DNA of 64,000 nucleotides from Vampirovibrionales bacterium (GTDB lineage Bacteria; Cyanobacteriota; Vampirovibrionia; Vampirovibrionales; JAJTHC01): NCBI GenBank assembly GCA_046341215.1, contig JBKDRU010000007.1, positions 799 to 64,798 of the forward strand, read 5' to 3'. Shown piece by piece: positions 57,487 to 64,000 of this stretch (position 1 is its first letter; each line of letters starts with the position of its first letter). The notes under the pieces were generated by a model. It saw only the letters and a program-made list of their open reading frames with translations, ran no database searches and was not told where the DNA came from. The position numbers and the translations under genes were made by a program.

Positions 57487-58173
57487 TTATTGGAACTTAC
57501 TCATGATTTTAGAAAAGATACTGTCGTTTTGAGAACGGCTGATAATGCCCTGCCCCGCCACCACAATTTGCATATTGGCGACCTTATGAGACGAAATCTC
57601 ATTTTCACTATTGAGGAAGTACGGATTCACAATGCCTGTGACGTACACATCGGTTTTTTCTTTAGAAAAAGCCATGGTTTTGCGTCCTTGCACCATCAGG
57701 TTGCCGTTAGGCAAGACTTGCACGACTTGGCAGGTGAACATATCGTTAAAGGATTGGTTTTGCGTAGCGGTGCCCTGGTTATTAATGACATTATTATTAA
57801 CAATGCCCCCTAAATTAGGCAATTGTGCGAATCTGGCTAAACCACCCACACCGAAGGTGTTCGCTAAAGTGCTGGCGGCATTGCTCAAAACGGTGGACGT
57901 ATTTTCATTAAACGTCGAGTCTTTTTGAATTTGAATGGTGTTTTTATTTTGTCGCTTGGTGGATTCTTCCACTTTAATGGTGACCAAATCCCCAATCTGC
58001 TGAGGACGAGGGGGGCTGTACAACATGCGAGGCGCGTTGGCTCTTGGGTGCATGCCTTCGGTATTGGGTAAATATAGGGATTCGGCTTGCACAGGGCATA
58101 CCGAATTTAAGACTGTATTGAGCAGCAAAGTCACGACAAAAAAACGTAAGGCTTTTAAGGTAATCGGGTTCAT
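57487..58173 (-). CDS. flgH: Flagellar L-ring lipoprotein FlgH
   Basis: Signal/lipobox region (LLLNTVLNSVC) and a conserved FlgH core (IGDLVTIKVEESTKRQ..., LMVQGRKTMAFSKEKTDVYVTGIV). Confidence 0.8.
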   Translation of the reverse strand: MNPITLKALRFFVVTLLLNTVLNSVCPVQAESLYLPNTEGMHPRANAPRMLYSPPRPQQIGDLVTIKVEESTKRQNKNTIQIQKDSTFNENTSTVLSNAASTLANTFGVGGLARFAQLPNLGGIVNNNVINNQGTATQNQSFNDMFTCQVVQVLPNGNLMVQGRKTMAFSKEKTDVYVTGIVNPYFLNSENEISSHKVANMQIVVAGQGIISRSQNDSIFSKIMSKFQ

Positions 58174-58389
58174 CTAGGTTATCCCTCAATATTTTTCTCT
58201 CTCTATGTCATTGTGACGATCTTTAGGGAAGCTTGCCCCCTCCCAAAGGTGTATTTTATACCCTTTAAACGATTAAATAGCGTATAAGTGGATTTTAGGA
58301 GTACAGAGGGATTCACGCTTCACGATAAAGCCCACACATCGTCATTGCTGAAGTCGATGCATTAAAAATTATTGTAAAAAAGAAAAAAC

Positions 58390-60444
58390 CTAAATCCGTC
58401 GAAGGGCAAACAAGGTGTCTCGTAATTCGGTCGCCTTGTCGAAATCCAGCAATTTCGCCGCCGCCTTCATCTCAGCTTCCAACTCTTCTAGCAAGACGGC
58501 TTGCTTGTCCAGAGGCAAAGTCTTAAACACATCAGGATGCGTCAAGTCCCCTGCTTGAGCAGGCGACTTGTCGTCTCCGCTCGTTTTCGTGCCACCCAAC
58601 ATATCCAACAAACCGTTGTTAATCGCTTTTTTAATGGTGACAGGCACAATGCCATGTTCGCTGTTGTACGCCATTTGCTTTTGCCGACGGCGTGCCGTCT
58701 CATCCATCGCACGAGCCATGCTTGGCGTGACTTTGTCCGCAAATAAAATCACTCGCCCTGCCGAGTTCCTCGCCGCTCGCCCTATGGTTTGAATCAAGGC
58801 GTGATCGCTCCGTAAAAAGCCTTCTTTGTCGGCATCCATAATGCAAACCAAGCTCACTTCAGGCAAATCCAAGCCTTCACGCAACAAGTTCACGCCGACC
58901 AAAATATCAAAATGCCCCAAACGCAGATCTTGAATAATCTGCACACGGTCAATCGGCTTGATTTCACTGTGCAAGTAACGCACCTGCAAGCCCATGTTCT
59001 GCATATATTCGGTGAGATCTTCCGCCATGCGTTTGGTCAAGGTCGTAATCAGCACACGCTCATCCCGAGCCAAAATCACCTCAATTTCAGACACCAACTT
59101 GTCCACCTGCCCCTCAATCGGATGCACGTCCACCAAGGGATCCAGCAAGCCTGTTGGGCGAATCACTTGTTCCGCAACAAAGCTACTTTCCGCCAATTCA
59201 TACTTGCTCGGGGTCGCCGAAACATACAACAATTGCCCGACTCGTGCCATAAATTCGTCAAACATCAAGGGGCGGTTGTCTTTGGCACAGGGCAGGCGAA
59301 AGCCGTAATCCACCAGCGTTTGCTTGCGTGAACTGTCCCCATGATACATGCCCCGCAACTGCGGAATCGTCACATGGCTTTCATCAATGAACATCAGCAT
59401 ATCTTTGGGGAAATAGTCAATCAGCGTTTTAGGCGGCGTCCCCGGTGGGCGACCCTCAAAAATACGGCTGTAATTTTCCACCCCAGGGCAGTAACCCAGC
59501 TCCTTGATGCTTTCCATGTCCCTTAAGGTGCGTTGATGCAAGCGTTCGGCTTCAAATTCCTTGCCTTCGTGACGCAATTGTTCGAGCCTGTCCTTCATTT
59601 CAAGCTTTATTTGAGCCAACGCTTTGTCGATATAGCCTTCATCGGTCACATAGTGAACCGCAGGGTAAAGCACATATTTGTCCAAACTTTGCAGGATTTC
59701 GCCTGTCGTTGAATCCATAAAGTAAATGGATTCAAGGGTTTCGTCGAAAAATTCGAGTCGTAAAACGGCTTCTTCGTTGGCAGGAAAGACGTCAATCACA
59801 TCGCCACGCATTCTAAAATGCGAGCGAGTCAATTCCAAATCGTTTCGCATGTACTGGTTTCGCAAGAGTTGATGCAACAAGGCTTCACGCCCATACTCTT
59901 GCCCCAATTCAAAGCGAATGGCGGATTCGAGGTAGACGTCAGGCATCCCCAAACCGTAGATGCACGACACGGACGCCACGACAATGACATCTCGCCGTTC
60001 AAAGAGCGATCGTGTCGCCGAGTGACGCATCCGATCGATTTCTTCGTTAATGGTGGCGGTTTTTTCGATGTAGGTGTCGGAGCGAGGGATATAGGCTTCA
60101 GGCTGGTAAAAATCGTAGTAACTAATGAAGTATTCCACGGCATTTTCAGGGAAAAAGTCTTTTATTTCGTTGTAAAGTTGGGCGGCGAGCGTTTTATTGT
60201 GCGCCATAATCAGCGTCGGGCGTTGAAGCTGTTGAATCACGCTTGCCATGGTGAAGGTTTTCCCTGTGCCTGTAGCCCCGAGCAGGGTCATGGCTCGTGT
60301 TTCGGGGTTACGAAGATGTTCGACAATGTCAGCGATCGCTGTGGGTTGATCGCCCGCAGGGGCATACGGCGTGTGGAGTCGAAAGGCATCTGGGGCTTCT
60401 AGGTGGGGCGTAAACATGGGGTATCCTTTGGGGTGAATCTTCAA
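58390..60444 (-). CDS. uvrB: Excinuclease ABC subunit B
   Basis: Walker [10 protein letters not shown], helicase motifs, and a C-terminal UVR domain ([23 protein letters not shown]). Confidence 0.9.
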   Translation of the reverse strand: MKIHPKGYPMFTPHLEAPDAFRLHTPYAPAGDQPTAIADIVEHLRNPETRAMTLLGATGTGKTFTMASVIQQLQRPTLIMAHNKTLAAQLYNEIKDFFPENAVEYFISYYDFYQPEAYIPRSDTYIEKTATINEEIDRMRHSATRSLFERRDVIVVASVSCIYGLGMPDVYLESAIRFELGQEYGREALLHQLLRNQYMRNDLELTRSHFRMRGDVIDVFPANEEAVLRLEFFDETLESIYFMDSTTGEILQSLDKYVLYPAVHYVTDEGYIDKALAQIKLEMKDRLEQLRHEGKEFEAERLHQRTLRDMESIKELGYCPGVENYSRIFEGRPPGTPPKTLIDYFPKDMLMFIDESHVTIPQLRGMYHGDSSRKQTLVDYGFRLPCAKDNRPLMFDEFMARVGQLLYVSATPSKYELAESSFVAEQVIRPTGLLDPLVDVHPIEGQVDKLVSEIEVILARDERVLITTLTKRMAEDLTEYMQNMGLQVRYLHSEIKPIDRVQIIQDLRLGHFDILVGVNLLREGLDLPEVSLVCIMDADKEGFLRSDHALIQTIGRAARNSAGRVILFADKVTPSMARAMDETARRRQKQMAYNSEHGIVPVTIKKAINNGLLDMLGGTKTSGDDKSPAQAGDLTHPDVFKTLPLDKQAVLLEELEAEMKAAAKLLDFDKATELRDTLFALRRI

Positions 60445-60798
60445 TACGTCTCAGTATAGCACTTGAAAAAATAAGTAGTGTTTTATAGAAAGGCCTGCAG
60501 ATCAAACCGGCAACACCAAATAACCTTTGAGTTCGCCTTTTTTTTGAGAATGCCTGAATCCACCATGAGCGATAAAAAGCTATTTTATTTGTCATAGGGC
60601 ATTTTAAATAATCCCCCCTAATGTCTCTTCGTTGTCTAGCCATCTGTACGGAAACGTTTTTACGTTAGCTATACAACGAAGCCACAACGCTAGCCTAAAC
60701 GCAACCCTTTTCCGTGGATTCTATACTTGACTAAAATACGATGTAAAGATTTGTAACAATCTAGAGGCTTTTGTAACACTTTATTTCTATTGTTGACA

Positions 60799-60912
60799 AC
60801 TTGGTGTATTCTAAAAATACTCTGATGCAATGTTTTTTCTATTAGGATCTTAGCTTTGTGCTGATTTCTTATCAAGAATTACAGACCCTCCTTTTAGGGA
60901 GGGTTTTTTTTG
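60799..60912 (+). ncRNA. Candidate small RNA: sigma70-like -35 TTGACA (60793) through a strong intrinsic terminator (ccctcc-ttttag-ggaggg plus T8, 60884-60912)
   Basis: No plus-strand ORF lies here. The terminator is orientation-specific, with the T-run only on the plus strand. TTGTAACA motifs at 60751 and 60771 sit just upstream. Confidence 0.3.
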
Positions 60913-60960
60913 CCTTTTTATAGCCTGCCTAAATGGTAGCGACCACCAAGAATACACACC

Positions 60961-62103
60961 CTAACGTTGCGGACTACTTTCTAGTAAAATACGCAGGGCT
61001 GAAAATCCTGCTTCCACCGCTTGCTTTAAGGGGGTTAAATTTGGGGCTTGGTAGTATTCTAAACCTGTAAAAAAGTCTTGTGAAGTTGACGTTTCTAAGG
61101 CATCCACCGGCGTAACAGGCAAGCCTAAATCCGACGCCAGCATCTGCACCTTCGGGTCATAGTCTAAGGCATAGACCTCTGTTTGATTCAACAGGGCCGC
61201 CACCAAGGCATGGTATCGCATGCCTACGACCCAATGCACGCTGGCAAATGTCGTCAAAGCTTGGGTTTGAGGCACATGCTTAATCGTAATCTTTGCTTGA
61301 GCGTCTAACGGTAAAGCCTGACGTAGCTTTTCTTCAAACGCATAGAGCAAGGGAACGTCCATGGCATCTTCACAAGAAACCAAGGAAAGTTCGATCTTTA
61401 AACCCAGGCTGGCTTGTGCTAAAACGCTTGACAAATGTTGAGCCAAGGCCTGCTGATTACTCAGACTAAAACGATGATGCGGACGCAAACTTACGGCGAC
61501 CTTCCAAACGCTTGTGCCTTGCCCACGCATGGGGTTTGGCGTTTTGTGACGGCTGGCATCGAGCGGGGGTAGGAGCCAAACGGCATCCGCAGCGATCATA
61601 GGCACTTGACCGCTCAAATCTTCAACGAGCTGGGCACTTTTTTCATCTCTCACCAAAACAAAATCGCAGGCATTTAAGGCGAATCCTGCTATTTTTTGGG
61701 TGAAGGGTTCGTTTAAAGGGCCTACACTGGTAAACGCGTGCATGACTTTGAGACCAAACAAACGAGCAAGAATCATCATAACACCATAATAAATAACGCT
61801 GTTGGGGCCTGTAGAATCCTGCAGTAAGCCACCGCCACCACTAATGAAGCCTTGACTACGAAGCAGGGTAATGAAGACTTGAAGCGGGTTGTAGCGATGC
61901 ACGGCACCTATGCCGTAGCGTTGCCGTGTGCAAGTAGGGGACGCTGACAATACGGTGAGTTCATAACCATGGTGCTGAAATAAACGGCTCAGACTCAACA
62001 GAATGAGTTCGTCTCCGAAATTGTCGAAGCCGTAGTATCCATTTAGAATCAAGCGTTTAGGTGTCATTCGCCTCTTTCTCTCTTTAACATAAGGGCATAA
62101 CAA
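60961..62103 (-). CDS. csaB: Polysaccharide pyruvyl transferase CsaB
   Basis: N terminus LILNGYYGFDNFGDELIL and PS_pyruv_trans-type length and layout. Confidence 0.75.
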   Translation of the reverse strand: MLCPYVKERKRRMTPKRLILNGYYGFDNFGDELILLSLSRLFQHHGYELTVLSASPTCTRQRYGIGAVHRYNPLQVFITLLRSQGFISGGGGLLQDSTGPNSVIYYGVMMILARLFGLKVMHAFTSVGPLNEPFTQKIAGFALNACDFVLVRDEKSAQLVEDLSGQVPMIAADAVWLLPPLDASRHKTPNPMRGQGTSVWKVAVSLRPHHRFSLSNQQALAQHLSSVLAQASLGLKIELSLVSCEDAMDVPLLYAFEEKLRQALPLDAQAKITIKHVPQTQALTTFASVHWVVGMRYHALVAALLNQTEVYALDYDPKVQMLASDLGLPVTPVDALETSTSQDFFTGLEYYQAPNLTPLKQAVEAGFSALRILLESSPQR

Positions 62104-62324
62104 TTAGTTTAAGCCTGATACAGGCTGTCGTCAACAGGAGAAAATAGAAAAAATTAGTTTAAGCCTATTTTTATGAGTCGGGTTAAACAAAGTACCCTCC
62201 CTCTATGCGGTGTAAATGTAACGAAAACTTTCCTAAAAATAGTAAAATACATTAGAATAGAGATAGGATATATATTTATATCTACTTTCTCCCTACCCAA
62301 CTAATACAAAGTTTACTTCCCTTA

Positions 62325-64000
62325 TGAAGCTCGCCCGATTTATCCAATTTTTTATAATGTCTAGTGTGTTGATTGCCATTTTCATCACTAGTGGATTGGT
62401 TCTGCTGTCTTTAGTGAAAACGATGCTCTCTTTCTTACATATTGATGTTTCGGCATGGGTTAACTTCGATACCCACTTTAAACCAGAAGAGTGGGTTAAA
62501 GCCGCTCGACAAGCATGGGATGCTCCCTTGTATTCCCTAGGTTTACCGATTTTGGTACAAGGGGTGCTGAGCCTTGTATTGATTGCTTCCATGCTAAGCA
62601 TTGGGACGCTAAGCCCCAAGCGTGGACGGAAAATCCTTATTTTAATCACCTTGTTTTGTATTAGTCGCCACATGTTATGGAGAGCTGCTACCACCTTGAC
62701 ACCTGATGGTGTGGGCAACATTATTGCCACTTCTATTTTGTATGTGGGCGAATTAATGGCGTATATTTCTTTATGGCTGGGTTATTTTCAGTTGTGGGAT
62801 CCCACTGATCGGGTAAAAAATCCACCGGCTTTAGACAAGGACGACCTGCCTCATGTGGATATTATGGTCTGTACCTATAATGAACAAATCAGTGTACTAT
62901 ATCGTACCCTTGTAGGGTGTAATGCCTTGCAATACGAGAAGAAAACCATTTACTTGTTGGATGATGGCGACCGTATGGAAATGCGTCAACTCGCTCAACA
63001 CTTGGGCGTTCAATACATTCGAAGAGACAATAACCTTCACGCCAAAGCAGGCAATTTAAACAATGCCTTAAAGCATAGTGAAGGCGACTTAGTGCTCGTT
63101 TTGGATGCTGATCACGTGCCTACTCGTTTTATGCTCAACGAAGTAGTCCCCTTCTTTCAAGAAGATGAGGGGGTTGCTTTTGTACAAACACCTCAACATT
63201 TCTTTAGTTTAGATCCATTCCAACGTAACTTAGTGGCTGAACATGTGGTTTCGAACGAACAAGACTTTTTCTATCATGTGATTCAACCCGGTAATGATCA
63301 TTGGGGAGCCACCTTTTTTGCAGGGACGGGGGCGGTGTTTCGTCGTAAAGCCCTTGAAAGTATTGGCGGTTTTGCCACACAAACCATCACGGAAGACACA
63401 CACACAGGCATTCGACTTCATGCCAAAGGCTGGAAGTCGCTTATGTACAATAAAAACCTCACGGCAGGCATGGCTCAAGACAGCTTTGGCGATTTTGTTA
63501 AACAACGCTTGCGTTGGGCGAAAGGCATGGCACAGATTACCTTCCATGACCACCCGCTTTTTGTTAAGGGGTTGACTCTACCACAACGACTCTGTTATGC
63601 GTCTGGGGTATGGTATTTCTTTTCTGGACCAATGAGGATTATCTTTATGATTACCCCATTGTTGTACCTGCTGTTTGGTTTACAGCCCATTCAAGCGACA
63701 TTAACGGAAATTTTTATTTATTATGTGCCTTCTTTTGTGGCGTTGTACTGGGGTTATTCTTTGCTCACCAACGGCACACGGCACTTGTTTTGGTCTGAAG
63801 TTTATGAAACCAGTATTAGTATGTATCACACCATTGCGGCGTATTCAACATTAATTTCCCCGTTTAAAAGTATTTTTAGCGTCACACCCAAAGGCGAGTT
63901 AAACGACAGCATTTCCTTCCAGTGGCAATTGGTGTATCCTCAACTTATACTTTCTCTTGCCATTGGCGGAGGCCTTGTACTTTCAGGCTACCGAGCTTTT
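62325..64000 (+). CDS. Family-2 glycosyltransferase, cellulose-synthase-like (BcsA-type) catalytic subunit; 3' end runs off the window
   Basis: Motifs DDG (LLDDGD), DADH, TED (TITEDTHT) and QRLRW (QRLRWAKG), with N- and C-terminal TM helices. The ORF has no in-window stop, so it is absent from the supplied track. Confidence 0.7.

Noticed and set aside
58174-58389. Sigma28 (TAAA-N15-GCCGATAA) promoter for flgHIJ, and similarly for fliC
   Set aside because: I could not find a convincing match to the FliA consensus in either upstream region.
1-64000. Transposases, IS elements, toxin-antitoxin pairs, restriction-modification or other defence genes
   Set aside because: No ORF shows DDE/HUH transposase, integrase, nuclease or methyltransferase (other than rRNA/tRNA MTases) signatures. 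The only mobile-type DNA is non-autonomous (MITE/REP-like).

Overview
This is a 64-kb chromosomal window from a flagellated diderm bacterium. Composition is roughly balanced and there is little operon structure. I cannot assign a lineage from the sequence. The gene set (ThyX, split transketolase, H+-PPase, TrmFO, Ccs1/ResB, CsaB pyruvyl transferase, PBS-lyase-type HEAT repeats, fused MetX-MetW, many MITE/REP-like repeats) fits a non-proteobacterial lineage, possibly cyanobacteria-related or non-photosynthetic Vampirovibrionia-like, but that is speculation. Most genes are housekeeping: metXW, fur-family regulator, rluB, typA/bipA, trpE, rplS, fliC, ccs1, hisS, purA, skp, tktN/tktC, thyX, flhB, tRNA-Ala, hppA, ispE, ksgA, radA, rlmH, corA, trmFO, hemN, lpdA, fabI, minC, flgHIJ, uvrB, csaB and a bcsA-like GT2. 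Accessory or unusual content falls into six groups. (1) A 41.5-50.2 kb cluster of lineage-specific proteins: a Q-rich small protein, two tandem paralogs with prion-like N termini, Pro-rich linkers, a conserved GDPH-motif domain reminiscent of VWD/RGM autoproteolytic domains, and Lys-rich low-complexity tails, plus a 470-aa hypothetical and a 989-aa hyper-acidic protein ending in a UvrD-C-terminal-like Tudor fold. (2) A tandemly duplicated AT-rich cassette of polytopic membrane-protein genes (1.7-3.3 kb) with mosaic conserved ends, next to a Fur-family regulator. (3) Two arrays of 21-22-bp tandem repeats in inverse orientation 46 kb apart, each just upstream of a minus-strand gene start. (4) A ~130-bp MITE-like element with terminal inverted repeats in at least 3 copies, plus a short REP-like motif in 5 copies. 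(5) A recurring TGTAACA(AT) inverted or direct-repeat motif in several promoters, including an exact 20-bp palindrome. (6) A candidate sRNA (promoter-like site plus strong terminator) between uvrB and csaB, and a 19-aa hydrophobic peptide gene with a strong RBS next to an XRE regulator. Several housekeeping proteins carry Lys-rich extensions. No CRISPR array, integrase, transposase or prophage was found.
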